Assembly: GCA_030390025.1 (NCBI GenBank)
Contig: JASTWF010000104.1
Coordinates: forward strand, 248,001-312,000
Reading direction: 5' to 3'
Length of the DNA: 64,000 nt
Source of the DNA: Squalus acanthias
Lineage: Eukaryota
Positions 27,729 to 39,229 of this stretch are shown in pieces. The notes under the pieces were generated by a model that searched no databases, was not told where the DNA came from, and was given only the letters and a program-made list of their open reading frames with translations. The translations under genes were made by a program, and so were the position numbers. Position 1 is the stretch's first letter. Each line of letters begins with the position of its first letter.

Positions 27729-28705
27729 ATAACTGTGGGGTGAGTCAGTACAGGAGGTGGTGCTGTGTGTCCATTATTATATATTATATATAACTGTGGG
27801 GTGAGCCAGTACAGGAGGCGGTGCTGTGTGTCCATTATTATATATTATATATAACTGTGAGGTGAGTCAGTACAGGAGGCGGTGCTGTGTGTCCATTATT
27901 ATATATTATATATAACTGTGGGGTGAGTCAGTACAGGAGGCGGTGCTGTGTGTCCATTATTATATATTATATATAACTGTGGGGTGAGTCAGTACAGGAG
28001 GCGGTGCTGTGTGTCCATTATTATATATTATATATAACTGTGGGGTGAGTCAGTACAGGAGGCGGTGCTGTGTGTCCATTATTATATATTATATATAACT
28101 GTGGGGTGAGTCAGTACAGGAGGCGGTGCTGTGTGTCCATTATTATATATTATATATAACTGTGGGGTGAGTCAGTACAGGAGGCGGTGCTGTGTGTCCA
28201 TTATTATATATTTTATATAACTGTGGGGTGAGTCAGTACAGGAGGCGGTGCTGTGTGTCCATTATTATATATTATATATAACTGTGGGGTGAGTCAGTAC
28301 AGGAGGCGGTGCTGTGTGTCCATTATTATATATTATATATAACTGTGGGGTGAGTCAGTACAGGAGGCGGTGCTGTGTGTCCATTATTATATATTATATA
28401 TAACTGTGGGGTGAGTCAGCACAGGAGGCGGTGCTGTGTGTCCATTATTATATATTATATATAACTGTGGGGTGAGTCAGTACAGGAGGCGGTGCTGTGT
28501 GTCCATTATTATATATTATATATAACTGTGGGGTGAGTCAGTACAGGAGGCGGTGCTGTGTGTCCATTATTATATATTATATATAACTGTGGGGTGAGTC
28601 AGTACAGGAGGCGGTGCTGTGTGTCTATTATTATATATTATATATAACTGTGGGGTGAGTCAGTACAGGAGGCGGTGCTGTGTGTCCATTATTATATATT
28701 ATATA

Positions 28706-29782
28706 AAATAACAACAGAAAACGCTGGAAAAACTCAGCAGGCCAGGCAGCATCCGTGGAGAGAGAAAGAGAGTTAACGTTTCAGGTCGATGACCATTCGT
28801 CAGAACTGTGAAGAGCCGGAAATCAAATAGATTTAAGGCCAGAGTAAAGCTGGGCAAAGGGGGAGGGGATAAAAGAACAAAGGGGGGGATGAAGAGACAT
28901 TAAGAGACATTAAGAGATATGCAAGGCTCGAGGTGGTGTTAATGTGACAGATTAAGGCTGAAAGAAGTGTGAAATCCACTGGCAGAATGAAGGACAGCTG
29001 CCAGCTTCTAGGAGGAAAAAAAAGGTGAGGGGGGGGCAAATAAAAGGGTGGAAAAAATAAAATATAAATGTGATTGGAGCTGAGGTTATGATCTAAAATT
29101 GTTGAACTCGATATTGAGTCCAGAGGGCTGTAGCGTGCCTGAACGAAAGATGAGGTGCTGTTCCTCGAGCTTACGCTGCGCTTCCGTGGAACAGTGTAAT
29201 AGGCCGAGGACGGTGAGGTCAGAGTGGGAGTGAAGCGGTGAATTAAAGTGACAGGCCACCGGGAGCTCGGGGTCCCCCTTACGGACTGAACGGAGGTGTT
29301 CCGCAAAGCGGTCACCCAATCTGCGTTTGGTCTCCCCAATGTAGAGGAGACCACATCGTGAGCAGCGAATACAGTATACTAAATTGCAGGAAGTACAAGT
29401 AAATCGCTGTTTCACCTGGAAGGGGTGTTTGGGGCCCTGGACAGTGGGAAGAGGGGAGCTGTAAGGGCATGTGTTGCATCTCCTGCGCGTGCACGGGAAG
29501 GTGCCGGGCGAAGGGGAAGGGGTGCTGGGGGTGGTAGAGGAGTGGACTAGGGTGTCGCGGAGGGAGCGGTCCCTGCGGAATGCTGAAAGGGGAGGTGAGG
29601 GGAAGATGTGTTTGGTGGTGGGATCACGCTGGAGGTGGCGGAAATGGCGGAGGATGATCCGTTGAATTTGGAGGCTGGTGGGATGAAAGGTGAGGACAAG
29701 GGGAACCCTATCGTGGTTCCGGGAGGGAGGGGCAGGGGTGAGGGTAGAAGTGCGGGAGATAGAACGGACACGGTCGAGGGCC
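28706..29782 (-). mobile_element. Penelope-like element copy 6 (GIY-YIG ORF 29086-29889)
   Basis: Same junctions; two private amino-acid changes (H>Q, L>S). Confidence 0.92.
28771..28807 (-). ncRNA. Minimal type I hammerhead ribozyme motif (intact form)
   Basis: Same motif as 26717-26753; copies 1-4 carry GAAAGGTT instead of GAAACGTT. Confidence 0.75.
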
Positions 29783-31231
29783 ATAACTGTGGGGTGAGTC
29801 AGTACAGGAGGTGGTGCTGTGTGTCCATTATTATATATTATATATAACTGTGGGGTGAGCCAGTACAGGAGGCGGTGCTGTGTGTCCATTATTATATATT
29901 ATATATAACTGTGAGGTGAGTCAGTACAGGAGGCGGTGCTGTGTGTCCATTATTATATATTATATATAACTGTGGGGTGAGTCAGTACAGGAGGCGGTGC
30001 CGTGTATCCATTATTATATATTATATATAACTGTGGGGTGAGTCAGTACAGGAGGCGGTGCTGTGTGTCCATTATTATATATTATATATAACTGTGGGGT
30101 GAGTCAGTACAGGAGGCGGTGCTGTGTGTCCATTATTATATATTATATATAACTGTGGGGTGAGTCAGTACAGGAGGCGGTGCTGTGTGTCCATTATTAT
30201 ATATTATATATAACTGTGGGGTGAGTCAGTACAGGAGGCGGTGCTGTGTGTCCATTATTATATATTATATATAACTGTGGGGTGAGTCAGTACAGGAGGT
30301 GGTGCTGTGTGTCCATTATAATATATTATATATAACTGTGGGGTGAGTCAGTACAGGAGGCGGTGCTGTGTGTCCATTATTATATATTATATATAACTGT
30401 GGGGTGAGTCAGTACAGGAGGCGGTGCTGTGTGTCCATTATTATATATTATGTATAACTGTGGGGTGAGTCAGTACAGGAGGCGGTGCTGTGTGTCCATT
30501 ATTATATATTATATATAACTGTGGGGTGAGTCAGTACAGGAGGCGGTGCTGTGTGTCCATTATTATATATTATATATAACTGTGGGGTGAGTCATTACAG
30601 GAGGCGGTGCTGTGTGTCCATTATTATATATTATATATAACTGTGGGGTGAGTCAGTACAGGAGGCGGTGCCTGTGTCCATTATTATATATTATATATAA
30701 CTGTGGGGTGAGTCAGTACAGGAGGTGGTGCTGTGTGTCCATTATTATATATTATATATAACTGTGGGGAGTGTCAGTACAGGAGGCGGTGCCCTGTGTC
30801 CATTATTATATATTATATATAACTGTGGGGAGTGTCAGTACAGGAGGCGGTGCCCTGTGTCCATTATTATATATTATATATAACTGTGGGGTGAGTCAGT
30901 ACAGGAGGCGGTGCCGTGTGTCCATTATTATATATTATATATAACTGTGGGGTGAGTCAGTACAGGAGGCGGTGCCGTGTGTCCATTATTATATATTATA
31001 TATAACTGTGGGGTGAGTCAGTACAGGAGGCGGTGCTGTGTGTCCATTATTATATATTATATATAACTGTGGGGTGAGTCAGTACAGGAGGCGGTGCTGT
31101 GTGTCCATTATTATATATTTTATATTACTGTGGGGTGAGTCAGTATAGGAGGCGGTGCCGTGTGTCCATTATTATATATTCTATATAACTGTGGGTTGAG
31201 TCAGTACAGGAGGTGGTGCTGTGTGTATCGA

Positions 31232-31259
31232 GGTTTTTGTAAGGCTCTGTCTCACTGTG
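31232..31259 (-). other. Recombination signal sequence, 12-bp spacer (12-RSS)
   Basis: Minus strand CACAGTG + AGACAGAGCCTT (12 nt) + ACAAAAACC, consensus heptamer and nonamer directly after the V exon. Confidence 0.98.
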
Positions 31260-31557
31260 TAAGGGCTGCTATAAGCATTCTGACAGTAATAGTCTGCCAC
31301 ATCCTCACTCTGCACATTGCTGATGGTCAGGGTGAACGTGTTGGACTGTTGACTGCCGGTGAAACGCTCCGAGGTTCCTGTGAAACGAGTTGTTGCAGCA
31401 TAGATCAGGAGAGAGGGTTTCTGGCCGGCTTTCTGCTGGTACCAAGCAAGGTAGCTGCTAATGGATGAGCTGGCGGTACAGGTGATGGTCGCGGTCTGTC
31501 CCTGACTCACTGACAGCACCGGGGGAGACTGGGTCATGATGATGTCCCCACTGATAC
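31260..31557 (-). CDS. IGKV: Ig light-chain V exon, kappa / shark NS4 (type III)-like, germline unrearranged
   Basis: [99 protein letters not shown]; conserved Cys, WYQQ and YYC; pyrimidine tract and AG acceptor; 12-RSS as in kappa. Confidence 0.95.
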
Positions 31558-31742
31558 CTGGGGGAAATAGAGAAAGAAAGTGAAGTAAGCACTGTCACAG
31601 AAAGACGCTGTAAAATGAGATATTGCTCGAGACAGTGACCATTCCTCTAGTTTCAGCATTTTCCCATCAATCACAAGTCAGTAGAATTGGACAGAAATCG
31701 ACAGCAGGGAGATATTAAACGTGGAAGGAGAGAGATTCGTAC

Positions 31743-31791
31743 CTGCGACGCAGAATGCCAGAGACCAGATCAGCTGGACGGGTGAAATCAT
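31743..31791 (-). CDS. IGKV: Leader exon of the Ig V gene (MISPVQLIWSLAFCVA-G)
   Basis: ATG at 31791, hydrophobic signal peptide, phase-1 GT donor, 185-bp intron to the V exon. Confidence 0.93.
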
Positions 31792-31851
31792 GGTGTCTGC
31801 TCCTGTCCCTGTGCCTGGTTACTGATAAACTGCCCCTTCACTGGGCTCTGC

Positions 31852-31946
31852 TTTATAAACCTGCAGCCTGCGAGAGTCTCACTGTCCGGCCCTCAGTATG
31901 TAAATGTCATCACCCAGAGAAAGCCACGTCAGCACATTTCACTTCC
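31852..31946 (-). promoter_or_regulatory. V-gene promoter: TATAAA, octamer variant ATTTACAT, TGACGTGG, PU.1/IRF composite GGAAGTGAAA
   Basis: Motifs at 31852-31857, 31898-31905, 31924-31931 and 31937-31946, conserved in the second V copy. Confidence 0.7.
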
Positions 31947-32709
31947 TCTTCGCTCTGTCTCTCTCTCTCTCTCCTTCTCTCACTCCCACCTCCATAGTTT
32001 TGTGAATTCTGTAACTGATCTCTACAACAGACGTTATTACTGGAGAGTGGAACACTGAGGAGAGATGTAGCACAGTTAAAGGCCTCTCTCTTTCTATCAC
32101 TCTGTCTCACTGCCTCCACCTCGCTCCCTCTTTCCCAAAATCTTTCTCTCTCTCTCCCTCTTTCCCACAGTCTCCCTCTCTCTCTCACTGTGTCTTACAG
32201 CCTCCACCTCGCTCTCTCTCTCCCACAGTCTCCCAGGTGCAGTACACTTAAATGCAGAGTAAAACTCCCTCTGCTCTGCCCCACCAATGGATGTTAACCC
32301 TTGACCCCAGAGCGTGCCTTATCCTGGAGTAAGTCCCCATTCCCCACAGAGGACATCCGTTGACCTCTCTCAGTAAACTGGCTGTTTATTGTCTAATTAA
32401 GGGCCGTTCTTTGCTGTTGGCCGATTCTCACTGGGGACTGGCTTCAACAGAAAGCTCATTTCATGAAGGCCCAGCAGAGAGAGGAGATCCTCACCCCATC
32501 AGTGTGAGCTGGAGCGACAGGACAGGGTCTGACCCACTGACCCATCCTGTCCACTCAGAAAATGTTGGAATCCCTTCCCCTCTCCTTCCCCTTCCATGGC
32601 CCGGCTCCGGGTCACGGTGTTTTTACTGGGATCAGGTGTGGACGATCACACATTTACAGCATAAAGGATCCACACTCCACGTCTACCATGGAGTCCATGT
32701 CCCACTGAT

Positions 32710-33042
32710 CCCCAATAGGGACCAGTAAACACGGCTCCTTCCTATTGGACCCCAATAGGGACCAGGAAATATGGCTCCTTCCTATTGGGCCCCAATAGGG
32801 ACCAGTAAACATGGCTCCTTCCTATTGGTCCCCAATAGGGACCAGTAAACACGGCTCCTTCCTATTGGACCCCAATAGGGACCAGTAAACACGGCTCCTT
32901 CCTATTGGACCCCAATAGGGACCAGTAATCACGGCTCCTTCCTATTGGACCCCAATAGGGACCAGAAAACATGGCTCCTCCCTATTGGTCCTCCAATAGG
33001 AATCAGTAAATCTGGGCCTCCTTCCTATTGGTCCTCCAATAG
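32710..33042. repeat. ~40-bp minisatellite with internal inverted CCAATAGG/CCTATTGG
   Basis: Unit CCCAATAGGGACCAGTAAACACGGCTCCTTCCTATTGGAC, about 8 copies. Confidence 0.9.
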
Positions 33043-33200
33043 CTGAGCTTTAAACCCCACATCCTCTCCATCTCGTCGGACTCTTATTTCCATCTCCACA
33101 ACATTGCCCATCTCCAGTCTACATCAGCCCCTTGACGGAAGAATCCTTTATATCTGCTTGGCTCGTCTCCAAACTCGATTATTCCGATGGCCTCTCCCGG
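33043..33200 (+). mobile_element. Degenerate L2-like LINE fragment
   Basis: YFHLHNIAHL..SKLDYS resembles the L2 ORF2 C-terminal region; longer counterpart at 59040-59920. Confidence 0.55.
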
Positions 33201-33459
33201 CTGATGCCCTCTGCAGTCAGATATGCTGCTGACAGGCTCCAGGCTTACACACGTGGAATGGGGAAGTGGGTGAGGTCGGAATGTGCTGTCGGGGCCCATG
33301 GAACTGTCCCCCAGCATGAAGCCTTCCTCAGGAGAGGAGAGGGAATGTTCGCAGCCCTGAGCTCCATTTCCCACACCAGGCTTTTCTTGTTCCAGTGAAT
33401 GAATGAGATGCCAACTTCGTGCCCAAGTTAGGGGCAGTCTAGTGTTGTGGGCCCATGTT

Positions 33460-33610
33460 CACAAGAGGGAATTGGATATATACTTGAAAAGGAACAATTT
33501 GCTGGGTTACGGGAAAGAGAGGGGGAGTGGGACTAATTGGGAAGCTCTTTCAAGGAGCCGGCACAGGCACGATGGGCCGACTGGCCTCCTCCTGTGCTGT
33601 AAGATTCTCG
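33460..33610 (+). mobile_element. 3' tail of a CR1-type LINE
   Basis: ..ATGGGCCGACTGGCCTCCTCCTGTGCTGTAAGATTCT 3' hairpin/tail motif; mirrored at 58620-58770. Confidence 0.65.
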
Positions 33611-35362
33611 GCTGTGAGCGCGGTTCAATTAGCCAACGTACAGCTGCACCGACCTCCCTCTTTCACTTCCTCTGTTGGTGAAGCTTCATTCTTCCGATCT
33701 GACAGTCTATTCAGTTTTTTTTTGCACCGGGGATTTCTGCTGTGGTCTGAGCCTCTAATAATAACTGTCCAATCAGCCAGAAGAACAGCAGCTAGGACCA
33801 GCTAGGACTGTGGACCCAGGCTCACCGGTGACCGACACCCCCGCCCACCCCCCGTGAACCATTAAACAGGAGCCCATTTGAAGAAGAGCCTGTGCTGAGA
33901 TTCTGGGGGGGGAGCGGGCGGTGAAATTCAGTTAAGCTCAAAAACGGGCGCGGGGATTGCGATGCGCGATCTGCCCGGGCCTGTTGAAAGGAGTTCAGGC
34001 AGCACATAAAATTCGAGCTGCCTGTTACTTTACATGACTGCAGCGGCAGCCCAGCGCTGAACGCGCTGCTGACTGGCTGTGCACTTAGCAGGGGGCTGAA
34101 GTTTGCGATGTTCGCGCGAGGCTAGCTTTACTTAACGCTAACCTGCACTTATTAAAGGCAGCCTGCACATCTTAAAGGTGAGCTGCCTTCTGGTGATAAA
34201 AAATGTTAACTGTACGTCAGCACAAATCCAAATGGCTCAACAGTCCAGGGAAAGGGCACCCAGGGTCTCGGACACAGCGCTCGAGGCCTTTCTGCAGGGG
34301 GTGAACACTCGAAGAGAGGTCCTCTATCATTTGGGGCCAGGGGACCAGGAGGCCCTCCGGAAAAAAGGATGTGGGACCAAATCACCGAGGCGGTCACTGC
34401 CAGCAGTGATGTCCCCACCACCTGGCTCCAGTGCCCAAAGAAGTTTAATGACCTCAGACGAGTGGTGAAGGTCAGTGAATGTATCTTCAAAAGCCGTCTC
34501 CTACCAACTGCACCACTAGCCTCAGACACTGCTCACTGCACGACCCCCCCATCACTCACCTACCAACAATCTCGAGCAATCACGAGGCACACCTCACATT
34601 CCTACCTTCACCTCACCCTCACACACTTAGCACTGATGCAAGCCTCACACCCACATCTCACAGCTTGAACACAGTCAGTTATTCAACCATGACAGCCACA
34701 TCACCCAAACACATTACACCACACTCACTGACACACTTCCCTTTCTCTTGCAGGAAAAGGTGGCGCATAACTGGGGCCAGCAGACCTTAACCTGCGGGGG
34801 ACAGGCTCGCCTGTATCACCTCACCCCCTTGGAGGAGACGGTGCTGGCCATTCTTGGCAGGGGCATGACTGAGCCGGTGGCCAGCGGTGGGGCTGAAAGA
34901 ATACAAGGTGCCGGTATCCTCATACGTTATCCTTCTCCTCACATCCCACTTCCCCCTCATCCCACAATCTCTTCTGATTTACAAGCTGCACATGGTGTAA
35001 GCATGCAGCTCTTGCTTTACCCACCTTCCCTCACCACAACTCTACCCTTGTGCCTTCCTCATTCAGACACCCAACAAACCCAGACCGTCCAGCCAGTGGT
35101 TGAACAAGAAGAAGGAGAAGAGAGTGAAGAAGAAGAAACACCGTCACTCGATTTCACACTCCAGCCACCAGCTCCTCGAGGTCGACCAGCACGGCCATTT
35201 TAACATCTCCCCCACTGAAAGTCAGCAGCCTTCCACCAGCCATGCTGCAGCCACTGGGGTAGCACTGCGTAGGAGCACTAGGATAGGCAAAGGTACACGC
35301 CAGACAGTTACTAAGGGAATATACAAGGGTGATTAGTTGATTTTTTGATGTAATATTGGATC

Positions 35363-35510
35363 TATTTCTTAAGGCTAAAGGGATCAAGGGATATGGGGAG
35401 AAGGCAGGGACAGGGTACTGAATTTGGATGACCAGCCATGATCTCATCAAATGGCGGAGCAGGCTCGAGGGGCTGAATGGCCTACTCCTGCTCCTATCTT
35501 CTATGTTTCT
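35363..35510 (+). mobile_element. Short CR1-type LINE 3' end with 14-bp target-site duplication
   Basis: ATGTAATATTGGAT at 35349-35362 and 35511-35524; insertion absent from the right arm (~56670). Confidence 0.8.
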
Positions 35511-35621
35511 ATGTAATATTGGATGCATATATTGATAAAGTTGTATTTGAGAGTTTGCTTTGTGGTGGCTTTTATTTCAGCATTGTGGCAAAGAGGACGC
35601 TGTGATGATCAGTAACAGAGG

Positions 35622-36820
35622 TGTAAAGTTTCCAAAATTTGCAGATCCCCAAAACCTAAGCAAAAAGGATTTTGGAACTACCCCAGAGTGATAAAAAAAT
35701 GCATTTGGGCCTAACATAAGGAATTTAAGACCAAAAACTAAGCTTTGGCTTTTTAAAAGGACATGTCTGGACATGTAAGGGAGAGGGGGCTGCACAGGAC
35801 GTGGGTTCAACCTCTGTAAATAGCAGTTTTGGGTATTGCATTGTCTGGGATTCGGGATGACGTCATTCAAGCCCCAGCAAACATTAACATTTGGACAATA
35901 GGCCCTGGGAGAAGGCAGCCCCACCCAAAACACAGGAACCATTAAAACCGATCACAGAACCCATTAAAGACATGCATAAAGATAGGAGTGCTAGGCCCAG
36001 CAAGAAACCCAAAACATGAGGACAATGCAAACTCCGATTAAACAACAAGCCATTTGACACTTAGTAAAGTCTTTACTGTTGACGAGGTCTTACAATGACC
36101 AGGATTTGATTTGGTTTTGATAAGGCCACTTCAATTTAATATAATTGAAGGCCCATCAAGCAGTTACATCAGTTCAGTAAGAAGGGAGTTCAAGTTCAAC
36201 AGAATTCAAAGCCTGTGTTGAACTGAAGTCAGGGCGACAGTTACAGAAGCGGGCGGAAGGCAGTTTCCACAGTTCTGCAAGAAGGCAGTTCCACAGCTCG
36301 GAAGAAGACAGTTTAAACAGAGGCAGAGTTACAGCAAGAAGTTCAACAAAGAAGGCCAACAGCTTCACAAGCAGACCAACACGCAAGAAGAGACCAGAGC
36401 GACCGCCTCAGTGACCATCGGACACCTCGCGGCAACAAGGGCCTTCCGAAACCTTTTACTCAAAAGACTCTAAACCCTAACTCTCAACTGTCAAGGATTC
36501 GTTTGGTGAGCATTATCCCTGGTTCTCCAGAGTCCAAGCTAGCTAGTGAAGTGGGATTGGGAGGGGTGAAGTATTCTTCTCATGTTATTTCCCTCGCTTG
36601 TACCGAAGTGTTCCCCACCTTTAGAGTGTTAAGAGTGTTTGTGTTGTGTTTTTACTTTCTTGAATAAAGATCAAAGTTCTTGCATCAAAACCAGTTGTCT
36701 ACTGCACCTTTGTTCACAACCCCCAAATAAGTCCAAGATTTAGAACCAGGGGCGTGGGAGCGATTCGAACCGCTCACTGAGTCAGAGGTGAGGCTGACCC
36801 CTACCACACCACCCCCTACA
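35622..36820 (+). mobile_element. Solo LTR (subfamily related to the central element)
   Basis: TGTA...TACA termini, 4-bp TSD GAGG, AATAAA near 36663; shares GAGCGACCGCCTCAGTGACCATCGGACACCTCGC block and 3' end with the central LTRs. Confidence 0.9.
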
Positions 36821-37654
36821 GAGGGAAGGGAAGGTGTGGGACAAATGTTAAAACAGGAATTGGGGTTGTGGTCACTGGTACCACAGGCGGATGATTCAAT
36901 CCCAGATATCCCGGGTTGCCTCCTTCTTTCCGCTTCCTCCTCCTCCTCTTCTGCTTCCTCCTCTTCTGCTTCCTCCTCTTCTGCTTCCTCCTCCCTCTGC
37001 GAGCAGCTTGTCTCCTTTGCTGCCTCTGCTCCATCTCCATGTCATGCTGCAGCCCAAGGGGGACTGCAACTAGAGCCCCCAGGACTGGGAGCAAGTGGTG
37101 TTCTCAGAGGCCTTCCTTTAAGAGCCAAAGCCTTGCAAATGTCCAGCAGCACTCCCTGCACACTTTAACAACTTTTTAAATGTCTTACACGGAGCCACTA
37201 CTCCAATAAGCTGTACAGGAACCAATACAAAAGCAAAAATCAAAACTTACCTGAAATTTGCGTGTGTCCCTTTAAGTAGTGCTGGTGGGGGGTCCATCGT
37301 GCAGCTGAATGCACGTTCACCTGTGCGTGCTTTGGAGAGATGTACATTCGAGGGGCAACGTCCAAAATAGCAGGTCGTGCGTCAATTCAGCAATCCACAC
37401 TGATTGACATCACGATCTGCCTCATTACCATTTTTCTAGTGAACGCAGAACGGCCGCACAGCCGACCTGCCCAAAATGGCGGCCGCCACGGGCCGCGCCA
37501 GAAGTGGGTGGGAACAGTTCAGGAGAGTGCGACACAGTTTCCTCTTTCACCCAACCGTAACTCCCAAGGTCACGGAGGAGCGAGCTGAACTCTCGCTTGT
37601 TTTATTTACTTCAAAATACCAAGAAACTGCAACGAGAAAAGTCCATTTACCCAT

Positions 37655-38290
37655 TAGTCCATTTAATCTCCTTCCACACACCATGTACACTCCACCCTAT
37701 CATGGACTCTACCCACCCATTTAATCTCCTTCCACACACCATGTTCACTCCATCCTATCATGGAGTCTACCCACCCATTTAATCTCCTTCCACACACCAT
37801 GTACACTCCACCCTATCACGGAATCTACCCACACATTTAATCTCCTTCCACACACCATGTACACTCCACCCTATTATTGACTCTACCCACCCATTTAATC
37901 TCCTTCCACACACCATGTGCACTCCACCCTATCATGGACTCTACCCACCCATTTAATCTCCTTCCACACACCATGTCCACTCTACCCTATCATGGACTCT
38001 ACCCACCCATTTAATCTCCTTCCACGCACCATGTGCACTCTACCCTATCATGGACTCTACCCACCTATTTAATCTCCTTCCACACACCATGTACACTCCA
38101 CCCTATCATGGACTCTACCCACCCATTTAATCTCCATCCACACACTATGTCCACTCTATCCTATCACGGACTCTACCCACCCATTTAATCTCCTTCCACA
38201 CACCATGTCCACTGTACCCTATCATGGACTCTACCCACACATTTAATCTCCTTCCACACTCCATGTACACTCCACCCTATCATGGACTCT
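37655..38290. repeat. 58-bp minisatellite
   Basis: Unit ACCCACCCATTTAATCTCCTTCCACACACCATGTACACTCCACCCTATCATGGACTCT, about 11 copies; about 7 copies at 55430-55830. Confidence 0.92.
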
Positions 38291-38394
38291 GTGGGGATAA
38301 ATTTGATAGCCACCAAAAACTGGTGGGGGGATCACGATGCGTGATTTACCCGCACACATTTCTGCTTATAAAGGCAGCATGCCAACTTCGTGGC

Positions 38395-39110
38395 TCTGTG
38401 ACTGGGCGTGAGGGTGAGGCCCAGGCCCTGTGACTGGGAGTGGGAGTGAGGCTGAGGGCCTGTGACTGGGAGTGGGAGTGAGGCCCAGGGTCTGTGACTG
38501 GGAGTGGGAGTGAGGCCCAGGGCCTGTGACTGGGAGTGGGAGTGAGGCTGAGGGCCTGTGACTGGGAGTGGGAGTGGGGCCCAGACCCTGTGACTGGGAG
38601 TGGGTGTGAGTCCCAGGCCCTGTGACTGGGAGTGAGAGTGAGGCCCAAGCCTGTGACTGGGTTTGAGGCCCAGGGCCTGTGACTGGAAGTGGGAGTGGGG
38701 CCCAGGCCATGTGAATGGGAGTGGGAGTGGGGCCCAGGGCCTGTGACTGGGAGTGGGAGTGGGGCCCAGGTCCTGTGACCGGGTGTGAGTGTGAGGCCCA
38801 GGGCCTGTGACTGGGAGTGGGAGTGAGGCCCAGGGCTTGGGAGTGGGAGTGAGGCCAAGGGCCTGTGACTGGGAGTGGGAGTGGGGCCCAGGTCCTGTGA
38901 CCGGGTGTGAGTGTGAGTCCCAGGGCCTGTGACTGGGAGTGGGAGTGAGGCCCAGGCCCTGTGACTGGGAGTGGGAGTGGGGCCCAGGGCCTGTGACTGG
39001 GAGTGGGAGTGGGAGTGGGAGTGAGGCCCAGACCCTGTGACAGGGAGTGGGAGTGGGGCCCAGGCCCTGTGACCGGGGGTGGGAGTGAGGCCCAGGCCCT
39101 GTGACCGGGG
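38395..39110. repeat. ~32-33-bp G-rich minisatellite
   Basis: Unit GGCCCTGTGACTGGGAGTGGGAGTGAGGCCCA; mirrored at 54415-55330. Confidence 0.9.
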
Positions 39111-39229
39111 GTGCTGCAGCATTCTCCTGACGCAGCCTTTGCCTCTGGTTGAGTGACCGAACCTCTGATGATTTATTCCCCACAGCGAGAGAATGTGTGC
39201 AGAATGTCCCTTTGTACAAAGGCCAGAAA

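Larger units (their letters stand above)
661..31226. repeat. 61-bp tandem repeat array (roughly 390-400 units) interrupted by six Penelope-like copies
   Basis: Unit AACTGTGGGGTGAGTCAGTACAGGAGGCGGTGCTGTGTGTCCATTATTATATATTATATAT repeated continuously; commonest variant GGCGG>GGTGG; ends 5 bp from the RSS nonamer of the minus-strand V gene. Confidence 0.99.
33915..37560 (+). mobile_element. Decayed Harbinger-like DNA transposon (Myb/SANT-like gene remnant, possible convergent transposase 5' remnant)
   Basis: ATG 34232 MAQQSRERAPRVSDTALEAFLQGV..(frameshift) WDQITEAV..WLQCPKKFNDLRRVVK followed by GT donor; next exon EKVAHN..LTPLEETVLAIL; GGTGAAA/TTTCACC terminal-like motifs; boundaries approximate. 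Confidence 0.65.

Noticed and set aside
11926-29782. Six independent site-specific Penelope insertions
   Set aside because: Identical truncation point, junctions and shared flanking satellite variants indicate one insertion amplified with the array
661-31226. CRISPR-like array
   Set aside because: Units are head-to-tail repeats with no unique spacers, there are no cas genes, and the context is vertebrate
661-31226. Ig class-switch region
   Set aside because: No AGCT enrichment, and it lies next to a light-chain V rather than a heavy-chain C; only a modest G-strand skew supports it
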